From positions 1-55,458 of IMG/VR virus record IMGVR_UViG_3300044580_000222: a DNA stretch of 55,458 nucleotides. The stretch is one strand, 5' to 3'. A program made the position numbers and the translations under genes. Source of the stretch: a virus (taxonomy: Duplodnaviria; Caudoviricetes). The notes beneath the pieces were generated by a model that was not told the DNA's origin, made no database searches, and worked only from the letters and a program-made list of their open reading frames with translations. Each line of letters begins with the position of its first letter. Position 1 is the first letter of the stretch. Positions 45,535-55,071 of the stretch are shown in pieces.

Positions 45535-45634
45535 TTGTTGACGTCAACAAATTGATTATTATTATTATTATTATGTACGTACTAAGCAAGCGTATGTACA
45601 GTACATACATATGTACATATGCTTGAATTCTTAC
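45535..45634. repeat. inverted second copy of the 13.7-kb palindromic element, with (ATT)n tract and a 16-bp palindrome
   Basis: 45587-45628 is the exact reverse complement of 13666-13707; (ATT)n at 45555-45574; TTGTTGACGTCAACAA at 45535-45550. Confidence 0.92.
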
Positions 45635-45710
45635 TAGATATCTTTCTCATCTTTTTTGTTTTACAGTGATAAACACAATTATATAGTATTCGGTATAACT
45701 ATACTAGATA

Positions 45711-45863
45711 ATGGTGGAGAAAGATGTATTCACAACCATTAATGTAAGAACATCCACCAGAGATGTCTTATATCATCTGAAAGGCCCTGCCCGGACCTAT
45801 GACCAGATGATACTCGACCTGGTGGAATGCTATGAAAAAGGAGTAACAAATGAAAAGAATTGA
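45711..45863 (+). CDS. small RHH protein (MVEKDVFTTINVRTSTRDVL..LK....TYDQMI..L)
   Basis: 50 aa; TTI.V...T...L..LK...TYD..I archaeal RHH pattern; not in the track. Confidence 0.65.
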   Translation: MVEKDVFTTINVRTSTRDVLYHLKGPARTYDQMILDLVECYEKGVTNEKN

Positions 45864-46827
45864 CCATGATATATCTGAATTAAAATTAGATATAATTGAT
45901 TCAACTGGTATTAATACTGGAAGAAAAATTATCATCAAAGATGGAGTCCCGCATGTATATTGGTTGGATTTATACAGAGAACTTGGTTTATCACAACAAC
46001 ATGCTGCAAAGGTTATTAAAAAATTAACCGAAGGGAAACATTACATCCACTTAACCCGTTTACAAATCAGAGACATTATTGATAGTAACAACGGCACGGT
46101 GTTACCCTCTGTAGTGGCATATTATTTCATTAACCCGGATGGATGGAACCGGGCATTAATGGAAATTGAAACAGACTCCATGCTTAATAGGGCGGTTGCC
46201 AACTATATTGAGGTTGTAAAAGACCAGATGGCAAGCCTGTTTACCCGGTATGAGCAGGGAGAAGTTCTTTCAAAAGAACTAGATACAACAGGTTCAGAAA
46301 TTAAACTGGATTCACCGGAAGCATCAATTACTAACAAACATCTGGCAATTGCGAATTCGTTTATCCGGTATGCTTGTCCATACCTGAAGATTGACCCCGG
46401 AATGGTAATATCCGCTTCAATAAGTCACTCGGAACAGGAGATTCAAAGGAAAGGTGGAGAAGCCGACCTATCATATCTGAAAGGGATGATACCCAGAATG
46501 ATTGGAGATGCACCTGCAACCCTTAATCCAACACAGATAGGGCAATCTCTCGGAGGAATGTCTGCACCAACAGTAAATAACATCCTTGAACAGAATGGGT
46601 ATCAGACCTTTGATATGGTGACTAGCAAAACATCTGGACGGACCCGGAAGGACTGGAAGCCAACTGAAAAAGGAGAACCATACGGGGAATGGAAACCAGT
46701 CACGAAAGGTCATCGGAACGGGAGCGTTCACCACGAATACCGGTGGTATTGGAAATCTGATATCATCCGGGTTCTTCGTGAGACATTGTTTCCCGATTCA
46801 CAAACGACCATAACAGGGATGGTATAA
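45850..46827 (+). CDS. antirepressor-like DNA-binding protein
   Basis: Bro/AntA-like N-terminus; C-terminal L.PTQIG....SA..VN..L...GYQ...W.PTEKG motif. Confidence 0.7.
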   Translation: MKRIDHDISELKLDIIDSTGINTGRKIIIKDGVPHVYWLDLYRELGLSQQHAAKVIKKLTEGKHYIHLTRLQIRDIIDSNNGTVLPSVVAYYFINPDGWNRALMEIETDSMLNRAVANYIEVVKDQMASLFTRYEQGEVLSKELDTTGSEIKLDSPEASITNKHLAIANSFIRYACPYLKIDPGMVISASISHSEQEIQRKGGEADLSYLKGMIPRMIGDAPATLNPTQIGQSLGGMSAPTVNNILEQNGYQTFDMVTSKTSGRTRKDWKPTEKGEPYGEWKPVTKGHRNGSVHHEYRWYWKSDIIRVLRETLFPDSQTTITGMV

Positions 46828-47400
46828 ATGGCAAAATGCCCGGAATTATTTCATAAATTTAAAAACTATTCAGAATCGTGTGGATTGGGAAATCCAAAAG
46901 ACATGGAACGGCATATATTAATATCCGAAGACATCTCAAAGGAATTTGATATTCATGTTGATAAAGTGTATTTATTATTCCCGATGACTGCATCAAAGAA
47001 ACTTGCGAAGTATCCACCTGAATCAGATATTCGTAAAAACGTGACAAAGAAAATCGTGGATGCGATAAATAACAACGTGAGAGTAACCAGCAAAGCCGTT
47101 GAAATATGGCTCCATGAAGAAGGTGTCCCATTAAAGTTTACAACGGTTTCACCTGCAAAGATAGCAAAGAAGGTTGACTTATCACCTGAAATGTTTACCG
47201 GAACACCATCATTAAAACAAGTTGTTTCAAACGGAGATATCAATAAGAAAATACTTGCTCTGAAGTCTGCTTTAACACCCGGTCAGATAACAATCCTGAA
47301 TGAAATTATGGCGAAATACAACCATGATGATGAACTCGGAGCATTATCATTAGCACTCATCTGGGCAAAGGAAAAGATGGAGAATGAGCAGCGAAGTTAA
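46828..47400 (+). CDS. hypothetical protein
   Basis: Coupled ORF of 190 aa. Confidence 0.6.
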   Translation: MAKCPELFHKFKNYSESCGLGNPKDMERHILISEDISKEFDIHVDKVYLLFPMTASKKLAKYPPESDIRKNVTKKIVDAINNNVRVTSKAVEIWLHEEGVPLKFTTVSPAKIAKKVDLSPEMFTGTPSLKQVVSNGDINKKILALKSALTPGQITILNEIMAKYNHDDELGALSLALIWAKEKMENEQRS

Positions 47401-47914
47401 AGTGTGCCGGGTTTGTGGGGATGTTCTTGTAGTTGGTGAGAATTGTCCCCCGTCTGCTATAACCAGATGTAATTATATTTGTAAGTTGTGTAGATTGACT
47501 CGCGATAGAAAATATAGGGAATATAATCGCGACGAAATCGCCCGCAAACGCAAGATCTATCGTGAGAATAATAGGGAAAAAATAGCAATTCGAGTGAATG
47601 AATATAATAAGAAATATCATGAAAAGAATCGAGAAAAAGAAGCAATCCGACATAAGGTATATCGTGAGAATAATAGGGAAAAAATAGCAATTCGAGAGAA
47701 AAACTACAAAGAAAAAAGTCGTGATAAAATTGCAATATATATGAAGAAATATCGTGAATCCCACAAGGAGGATATTAGAGAAAAATCACATCGATATAAG
47801 ATGCGTTGGCAACGTATCAACCGAGAATACAAACGCGATGTAACAATAGAACAATATATCAAATACCGCAAAGAACGTGAAGCAATTCATAAATTATTGG
47901 AGATAACAACATGA
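47384..47914 (+). CDS. CxxC + K/R/E-rich repeat protein (homing-endonuclease-type N-terminus, no nuclease domain)
   Basis: YRENNREKIA repeats; 37-bp direct repeat at 47558-47594 and 47660-47696. Confidence 0.6.
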   Translation: MSSEVKVCRVCGDVLVVGENCPPSAITRCNYICKLCRLTRDRKYREYNRDEIARKRKIYRENNREKIAIRVNEYNKKYHEKNREKEAIRHKVYRENNREKIAIREKNYKEKSRDKIAIYMKKYRESHKEDIREKSHRYKMRWQRINREYKRDVTIEQYIKYRKEREAIHKLLEITT

Positions 47915-48034
47915 AGATTATACAAAAGATATCTGAACCATCACACAGGTCGATGATAGAGCAATCTTGAGTCCAATGGTATAAAACATTAAACCAAAAT
48001 GTTTTTCGATATCTACATCACAGGAGAAATGGCT

Positions 48035-48403
48035 ATGAGAAAACTATTCGTATTACTCATTCTGGCAGTATTCGTTCTGACAATGCCAGTATCAGCAGCG
48101 ACCTATGACAACCCGACAATGGGAGAACAGAACGCGGTAAAGAAGGCAATCACCTATCTGAAATACTCTGCATTCTCGAAAACCGGACTTATTCATCAGT
48201 TGGAATATGAAGGCTTTTCAAACCAGGAAGCAACATACGGAGTGAACCATATTGAAGTTAATTGGAATGCACAGGCAGAAAAACGTGCAAACAGTTATCT
48301 GAAGTTCATGTCATTCTCAAGAAAGGGATTAATTGACCAACTGGAATTCGATGGATTCACGAACGAACAGGCTGTGTATGGAGTCACAGCAGTAGGATAC
48401 TAA
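48035..48403 (+). CDS. Ltp-family surface protein (superinfection exclusion)
   Basis: Signal peptide plus two Ltp repeats (A...A..YL..S.FS..GLI.QLE..GF..E.A.YGV). Confidence 0.85.
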   Translation: MRKLFVLLILAVFVLTMPVSAATYDNPTMGEQNAVKKAITYLKYSAFSKTGLIHQLEYEGFSNQEATYGVNHIEVNWNAQAEKRANSYLKFMSFSRKGLIDQLEFDGFTNEQAVYGVTAVGY

Positions 48404-48419
48404 AAACAAAGGTGGAAAA

Positions 48420-48800
48420 ATGAGAAACGAACTGTTTATAACAATTGGACTGATAGTATTAATAGCCTTCCTGATTCTCGCAGGTCAGTTGATTGGTGTG
48501 GGAGTCATCCCGTTACTGGCACTCATCGGGTATTCAGCGTATTGCGGGTATCATTACAAAGGAACCAAGAACATCATCATGGCAGCACTTCCCACGGTTA
48601 TTCTTGTAGCCTGGTTATCTATGACGGCAGACAAGACCCTGGCAAACATCCTGATGTTCGCATGGTTCGGCTCTTTGATATTTGTTTCAATGAACGCAGA
48701 CCCGGACAAGTCCAAGAAGATTGAACCGAAGAAATGTTCACAATGTGGCGCAATCGTTACCAGTGCATTCTGCGCAGAATGCGGAACGAAAATAGAATAA
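48420..48800 (+). CDS. membrane protein with C-terminal zinc ribbon
   Basis: About 4 TM segments; CSQCG...CAECG. Confidence 0.7.
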   Translation: MRNELFITIGLIVLIAFLILAGQLIGVGVIPLLALIGYSAYCGYHYKGTKNIIMAALPTVILVAWLSMTADKTLANILMFAWFGSLIFVSMNADPDKSKKIEPKKCSQCGAIVTSAFCAECGTKIE

Positions 48801-48817
48801 AAACTTTTTTTGGATGT

Positions 48818-48943
48818 TTACATCCCGTGAACCATTTTCCAGACTGAAATGAAAACGTCTGGGTTTATCACCGTGGAATAAAGAATCACGGCTAATACAA
48901 CGATACAAATTCCACCGATGGCATACATCTCTTTTTCTTCCAT
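48818..48943 (-). CDS. possible single-TM peptide (41 aa, MEEKEMYAIGGICIVVLAVILYSTVI...)
   Basis: Short hydrophobic ORF converging on a T-tract. Confidence 0.35.
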   Translation of the reverse strand: MEEKEMYAIGGICIVVLAVILYSTVINPDVFISVWKMVHGM

Positions 48944-49006
48944 ACCCAACTATTACGCAGTAAAACAATATAAAACCTGATACAACCGCAAAAATACAAT
49001 ATTCTG

Positions 49007-49023
49007 GCAAAAGTCACTTATAA
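49007..49023 (+). promoter_or_regulatory. putative late promoter of the tape-measure operon
   Basis: GCAAAAGTCACTT-ATAA, same motif as 38675. Confidence 0.5.
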
Positions 49024-49047
49024 TGTTTAACACCATATAACAGACTC

Positions 49048-52000
49048 ATGAGTGAGAACCGGCTCCAGATTCTGTTTGAAGTTAATTTGGGTAATGCCAT
49101 TGCAGATATCGGCCGGATGGAATCATCACTCAAAAACCTTGACCAGTATTCAGGGTCAGCTCAGAAGTCCCTGGACGGGTTCGCGAAAACCAATCTGTCC
49201 GGGTTATCCGGTTCACTGGATACAATTTCAACCTCGTTCGGAAAAGTAGCAGATGGAATGCAGAAGATGGGTGCTGCAATGACCATCGTGTCTGCCGGTG
49301 CCGGGTTATTCGCGAAATCATCCCTGGATGCATATGCACAGCTGGAAAAACAGATTCAGTATGATACGTCACTTCTCGGCGGTGGAAAAGCGGAATATGA
49401 AGAACTTCTCGCGTTATCCAAAGAACTCGGTTCCACAACTCCGTTTAATTCAACCGATATAGCCGCTGGTATCGAGTCCCTTGCAGCAGCCGGGTATAAG
49501 ATGGATGAGATTAAGGCTGCAATGGGAACCGTCACGGAGATGTCCATTGCAACCGGGGAACCGCTTCAGAACAATGCAGACATTATTGTCAATACGTTAT
49601 CGCAGTTCAATAAATCCGCAGATCAGGCCGAACGGTTTGCTGATGTATTAGCAACCGGAGCAAACGAATCAACCGCTTCAGTGAAAGATTTCGGGGAATC
49701 ATTCAAATACACGGGTTCAATCCTTAACCTTACCAACCATTCAATAGAAGAAGGGTCTGCCGCACTGGCGGTCATGGCAAATAATGGAATTAAAGGCACC
49801 ATGGCTGGAACAGGGTTAAATCAGATGTTAACCCGGTTAGCGAAACAGACCCCGAAAGGTGCAGCAGTTCTTGAAAAATATGGGTTGACCCCCGATGATA
49901 TCAATCCTGCAACCCATAGCCTTGAAGAGTTATTCAAAACACTGAACGAAACCGGGATTCAGGATAACCTTGCTGATTTAAAGACTTTGTTTGGAGATGA
50001 GGCCGCACCAAAAGTCGCGACCCTGATTAATGATGAATCGGTTGAAAAATACAAAACCATCCTGAATAAGATGGTCAATGAGTCGGCCGGTGCGAATAAG
50101 AAAATGGCCGATGACCAGAAACAAACCCTGGATTATGCCCTTCAGCAGATAGGAGAATCATATGAGCAGGTAAAACTCCGGGTCGGGGAAGGTCTGAAAC
50201 CGATTGTCATGGACCTGAGGGACTTCCTGGTACAGAACGGGGATATGATTCAGGACTTCTTCGGGAATGCTGTTGAAGGGCTTACTCCGTTGGTAAATAC
50301 ATTCCTCGATGCCGTGAAGGGAGCAATGGAATGGTTCAACGGGCTTCCCAAAGACATGCAGAGTAAGATAGCAGGTGCAGCAGGGATAGGAACTGCATTA
50401 ACTGCTATCGGTGGACCGTTACTTCTTCTTGGTTCTCTTCCGGTCAGAGCCATTCAGGATATCGCTGGTGGGGTAGCATCTCTCATCCGAAACATTACCG
50501 GGGCTTCCAAAGCAGCAACAGAGATTGAAGCGTTAACCAAAGCCATTCAGGGGTTATCCGGGGCTAATGTCATTGATGCAACCATCATTTCAGATGGCGG
50601 AGCAGGAGATAAGAAAGGGAAAAATACCCTCGGAAAACAAGCCCTTTCAATGGCAGATGAAACCCTTCTGGCAGCAGATGTTCTGTCAGATTCCGGTTCA
50701 TCATTCCTGTATGCCGGGGAAAAATATGAGAAAGACCTGAAGAAAACCAAAGAAAAGATAAAGACGGCTAGTTATTGGGACAAGATTAATGCAGAATCAT
50801 CCTATGTAGGCGTCGGGGATGATTTACTTGGAACGGACAAATCAACCGTAACCCTGCAAAAGAAGGCAAAAGCAATCGAAAGTTCGTTTGACATTGTTGA
50901 TGCTGCAATGGTCGGGTCAATGCTCGGAAGTGAGGTTTCAACCGTCAAATTCGAGCGGAATACTAATAAAATAAAAGAATCAGTTGGTGATGTGGCAGAT
51001 GTCCTTGATACAAAGAAATCCAAGATAGTTGATTCAATAGACCTTCTGGAAGATGCATTCTCGTTAGATGCATTAAGTAAAAAAGGAACAGTGAAACTCC
51101 CGATATCAGAGGTCATTGATGAACTGGATGAACTACCAGGAAAAGGTAATAAGATAACAAATGCGTTCAAGAACGTTGGTTCTTCAATAGGCTCATCCAT
51201 ATCAGGTATTGGTTCCCAAGCGAAAACCGCATTATCAGGCGTCAAAAGTGAAATGCTTCTGGTCGGTTCATCCGCAGCAACCGAACTAACTGCCATGTTA
51301 TCAACCCTGCCTGGCATCGGGTTAGCCATAGCAGCAGCAGCTGGTGTTGGAATTGCGGCATACATGACCAACTTCGGAGACTTCCGAACCAATGTCAACG
51401 ACATCATGTCTGACCTTGGGAACGCTGCATCCAATATCCAGACAGGGAATTATCGGGAAGCCGGAAGGAATTGTGCTCAGGCGTTTGCTGACGGCCTTGA
51501 ATCCGTTGTTGACCTTGCAGCAACCACCATAACCTCTATTCCAAGTTTCGTGGTTGCCGTGGATGAGATGTCACAGGGATTTGATGCTGCATTATCCGAA
51601 ATGGCACAGGGCTTTGGAGCAGGTATCAGAGGGATTGTAGATACCGCAGTTAGTGATTTTGGTACAGCATTGTCCGGGGCAACCGTTGATGCATCAAGGT
51701 TTATTGGAAACATCATTACCCAACTAAAATCGGGAGATTGGGTCGGTGCTGGAATAAGTATCGCGGATGCAGTCGGGTCTGCCATTAACGGGGCCAGTGT
51801 CTCAATAGACGGGTTCCTGAACGGAATAAAGTCCCAGATAGATAATTTTGACTGGCAGGGGGCTTTAACCAGTTCCCTGATGAATATGGTGCTTCCTGGT
51901 TCCGGGTTATATGGTGGCCTTGTAAAAGACATTGCTGCGGGGTATGTGAACCCTGACAAAACCGGAACATCCAATCAGAAATCATTTGAGTACGCTAATA

Positions 52001-54378
52001 AATCCGGGTGGGTAGATTCCCACCAGGCAAATCAGATAAACGAAGCCGCAGGGACATTTAATGAAGCCGTCCAGAAATATGCTGATGCAAATGACCTTAC
52101 ATACGCAAACGCTTTAAAACTTTACGAAGGGTCCGAGAAGACAGCAGCCAGTATAGATGCACAATTCGGTTCATCCGGCAAACCTGTTGAAGTCACCGGA
52201 GAAGTGGATATCAAGACAGGAGACGGGTCAAAGTCATCAGAAGAAAAGCCCTGGGAGAAAGCGACCAATTGGGATGATTGGAGCAACCTTGGCGGGTCTC
52301 TGGAAGACTGGAATAACCGGATGTCTGATGAAGCCGATGCGGTTGAATCATCATCATCATCCACAACAAAATCAGCAGGGAAAAAGAAAGCAGCAACAGA
52401 GAAAGTAATTGAATCATTTGATGCAGCAACCAGCAAAGAAGAAGCCCTGGCAGATGTCATTGACAAATACGGAAGCATCGATGCAGCTAAAAAGGCGGTT
52501 GAATCCATATCAATCGGAGATAAGGAATACAAACTCGGAACGAAAGACGGGTCTCCGGTTCTCAATGCTGCAAATGACTATACAAAGGCCTTTGAGAAGA
52601 AAGCAAACGATTTGCAGAAAGGCATCGGGGTCATTGAACAATACGTATCTGGAACCTCGTTTCAGGATGCTCTGAACAAAACACTGGATAGATATGGAAC
52701 AGAGTTTCAGGGTCAGATAAAGATAGGAAACGCTCTGTATGATGTCGCAAAGAAAGCAACCGGGGATTCATTCGATGAGAACGGAAACTTCAACGAATGG
52801 TCATTCTATCTGAAAGGTGCCAACGATTTAGCGAAAGAGCAGATAGAAAAACTGGATAATATAGCAACCGGGGAAACATACAAATCCGGGGATAAGAAAG
52901 GACAAGCAAAAACAAAGGAGATGTCCGCTGAAGAGTGGGCGAAACAATACGGTGTCGTCAGGAAAGCAACAGAAGGTCAGGAAGATTTAACCGGGTCTGT
53001 AAAGGATTCAACAACTGCATTAGATAAAGCCTCTGATGCTTACAAAAAACAACTTTACACCTTTGAAGATGGGTCACAGAAATGGATGACTTCAGCAGAA
53101 GCCGTCCAACAATGGGGATTTGACCCGTTAAAGGAATCGGGTTCAAAGTCGGCAGAGGAACTGGATAAACTGGCAAGTTCAGCCGCAGGCGTTGATATTA
53201 ACGCCATGTTCCGTGAAATCATCGGGAAGGCAGATTTAGGCGGAATAATCGCAGAAGCGTTAAAGGATAACGCAAACATGAGCATAGGCCGGAATGCGGA
53301 TGCAGATGAAAGAAAGTCATTCATCGACTCAAAAGAGAACACGTTTTATTCCGAAGCAGCATCCAAAGCCGCTGAAATGTTTGCATGGAGCCAGTATAAG
53401 GGGTCCAATGACCAGGATACATTAGACTCCATTAAAACAGAACTCGGTGCCTTATACGTCCAATATGTCAAAGGGCTCCCGATGCAGAACCAGTCATACG
53501 GATATGCACGAAACCAGGAAGTCCGAGACAGTCTGACCGGTTCAGAAGAACATGCAATGGATTTGCTGGCACAGGAATTCATTCAGAAAATAAATTCCGG
53601 TAAATACGAAGTCCAGCGGTATGATGAACTCGGAAACGAAAAGGAATTGAAAGGACCGTGGAGTCAGCAGGATAGGTATGCTCTGGTAGAGGTTGGAAAA
53701 TCCATTGAAACAACCGGAACCGAAGCCAAAACCACCACACCACAAATAAACACGCTCAATTCAGCGTTCGAGAAAATCGGATTAACCGGGTCAGGCTTAA
53801 CGAACGTTCTATCTAACGTCAATCAGTCGTTATCCGACCACCGGGCATCAATTCTTGAATCCCAGGATTACCTGTCAAAATACAATCAGGCGGCCGGTGA
53901 GAATACCAAATACACCCAGAAGCAGGAACAGCAGACGAATACCCTGATGAATTCACTCGGAATGCTTGGAACGGCACAGGATATGTATAACAATTACATG
54001 TCTGATGGAGTTCTTGATGCAACCGAGGCATCCCATGTGCAGCAGGCTCTGGCACAGGCAACAAAACTGATGGGAGATGCAGGGGTGACGGCACAGGGGG
54101 GGATATCCGGGTTGCCGGGGGCGTTACAGGCACTCGCATCAGCAGCACAGGCGGCCATGTCAGCAATTCAGGCCGCAATTAGTCAGGCACAATCCGCCGC
54201 ATCGGCAGCAGCTAACACATACACCCTTGCAACCGCACCAAAAGGTAAGTATCCGACAATGCAACCAGGAACTCCTACGAATTTCAACATAAACGTTTCT
54301 GGAAACACGTTCCCGTCAGGAACAAAGCCCGGAGATGTCATGAGAGATATTAACGGGATGTTGAGGATTACAGCATGA
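49048..54378 (+). CDS. tail tape measure protein (TP901-family core)
   Basis: 1776 aa, Ala/Gly/Ser-rich helical; LG..T.F...DIA.G...LA.AG and GIKG..AGT.L motifs; internal hydrophobic segments. Confidence 0.93.
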   Translation: MSENRLQILFEVNLGNAIADIGRMESSLKNLDQYSGSAQKSLDGFAKTNLSGLSGSLDTISTSFGKVADGMQKMGAAMTIVSAGAGLFAKSSLDAYAQLEKQIQYDTSLLGGGKAEYEELLALSKELGSTTPFNSTDIAAGIESLAAAGYKMDEIKAAMGTVTEMSIATGEPLQNNADIIVNTLSQFNKSADQAERFADVLATGANESTASVKDFGESFKYTGSILNLTNHSIEEGSAALAVMANNGIKGTMAGTGLNQMLTRLAKQTPKGAAVLEKYGLTPDDINPATHSLEELFKTLNETGIQDNLADLKTLFGDEAAPKVATLINDESVEKYKTILNKMVNESAGANKKMADDQKQTLDYALQQIGESYEQVKLRVGEGLKPIVMDLRDFLVQNGDMIQDFFGNAVEGLTPLVNTFLDAVKGAMEWFNGLPKDMQSKIAGAAGIGTALTAIGGPLLLLGSLPVRAIQDIAGGVASLIRNITGASKAATEIEALTKAIQGLSGANVIDATIISDGGAGDKKGKNTLGKQALSMADETLLAADVLSDSGSSFLYAGEKYEKDLKKTKEKIKTASYWDKINAESSYVGVGDDLLGTDKSTVTLQKKAKAIESSFDIVDAAMVGSMLGSEVSTVKFERNTNKIKESVGDVADVLDTKKSKIVDSIDLLEDAFSLDALSKKGTVKLPISEVIDELDELPGKGNKITNAFKNVGSSIGSSISGIGSQAKTALSGVKSEMLLVGSSAATELTAMLSTLPGIGLAIAAAAGVGIAAYMTNFGDFRTNVNDIMSDLGNAASNIQTGNYREAGRNCAQAFADGLESVVDLAATTITSIPSFVVAVDEMSQGFDAALSEMAQGFGAGIRGIVDTAVSDFGTALSGATVDASRFIGNIITQLKSGDWVGAGISIADAVGSAINGASVSIDGFLNGIKSQIDNFDWQGALTSSLMNMVLPGSGLYGGLVKDIAAGYVNPDKTGTSNQKSFEYANKSGWVDSHQANQINEAAGTFNEAVQKYADANDLTYANALKLYEGSEKTAASIDAQFGSSGKPVEVTGEVDIKTGDGSKSSEEKPWEKATNWDDWSNLGGSLEDWNNRMSDEADAVESSSSSTTKSAGKKKAATEKVIESFDAATSKEEALADVIDKYGSIDAAKKAVESISIGDKEYKLGTKDGSPVLNAANDYTKAFEKKANDLQKGIGVIEQYVSGTSFQDALNKTLDRYGTEFQGQIKIGNALYDVAKKATGDSFDENGNFNEWSFYLKGANDLAKEQIEKLDNIATGETYKSGDKKGQAKTKEMSAEEWAKQYGVVRKATEGQEDLTGSVKDSTTALDKASDAYKKQLYTFEDGSQKWMTSAEAVQQWGFDPLKESGSKSAEELDKLASSAAGVDINAMFREIIGKADLGGIIAEALKDNANMSIGRNADADERKSFIDSKENTFYSEAASKAAEMFAWSQYKGSNDQDTLDSIKTELGALYVQYVKGLPMQNQSYGYARNQEVRDSLTGSEEHAMDLLAQEFIQKINSGKYEVQRYDELGNEKELKGPWSQQDRYALVEVGKSIETTGTEAKTTTPQINTLNSAFEKIGLTGSGLTNVLSNVNQSLSDHRASILESQDYLSKYNQAAGENTKYTQKQEQQTNTLMNSLGMLGTAQDMYNNYMSDGVLDATEASHVQQALAQATKLMGDAGVTAQGGISGLPGALQALASAAQAAMSAIQAAISQAQSAASAAANTYTLATAPKGKYPTMQPGTPTNFNINVSGNTFPSGTKPGDVMRDINGMLRITA

Positions 54379-54701
54379 ACAAATCAAAGATTTTAGGTGA
54401 AGCGATGGATATCGCGGATGAACTGTTCAAACCAGTCGGCCTGGATGAACAAACCAGAACCCACCTGGAAGAATGGTTATTCAGCCATATTCCAGTATCT
54501 ACCATTGAAGGACAGGAACCGGAACTGAACCGGGATATGTTCGTGGAGATGGTTCACGATGCTATCAAAACAGGTAGAGGTAACATCCACATCAAAACCG
54601 GGTCACGACAAACCGGAGAGGTTGAAATCCGTGATAAGGATGGCAACATCAAATTTACCGAAAAATCAGAATTGGAGATAGTCGATGGTAACAGCAACTA
54701 A
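54375..54701 (+). CDS. hypothetical tail-region protein
   Basis: ATGA overlap with the tape measure gene. Confidence 0.55.
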   Translation: MNKSKILGEAMDIADELFKPVGLDEQTRTHLEEWLFSHIPVSTIEGQEPELNRDMFVEMVHDAIKTGRGNIHIKTGSRQTGEVEIRDKDGNIKFTEKSELEIVDGNSN

Positions 54702-55071
54702 AATCGGGTTATTGCACAAACTAAAGCAGACATACGGTCTTACAACCATGCCTGCAAAATGGATAGGGCTGGATGGTGATGCATCAGCAGAATCAGCAGC
54801 ACAGCAGGCCCCAGCACAGGAACTCACAACCGGGGGATGTGGGAGAGTTGAAGCGGTTGTGACAGATGTTTCAACGGTTTCAGATATTGCTCTACAACTG
54901 GAAGCATCGTATGAATTCTCTGCGTATAATTCGATAAATGCGTATTTTGTCGCATGGAGTTCATCAGCCGGGAACAACATGACAGCACGGCACAAACTAT
55001 CATCCACGCAGAATGTGGGCCCAGAAGATACGATGACGATTAAATTCACAGATCATGAGGTTGCAGCCTAA
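54685..55071 (+). CDS. putative tail/baseplate protein
   Basis: Coupled, beta-rich ORF. Confidence 0.55.
   Translation: MVTATKIGLLHKLKQTYGLTTMPAKWIGLDGDASAESAAQQAPAQELTTGGCGRVEAVVTDVSTVSDIALQLEASYEFSAYNSINAYFVAWSSSAGNNMTARHKLSSTQNVGPEDTMTIKFTDHEVAA

Noticed and set aside
47384-47914. Functional homing endonuclease
   Set aside because: Only the CxxC and basic repeat region is present; no HNH or GIY-YIG catalytic motif.
49130-54178. Many long antisense ORFs in the tape measure and capsid genes (e.g. 50802-51434, 39664-40341)
   Set aside because: Expected shadows of biased codon usage; no RBS or recognisable domains.
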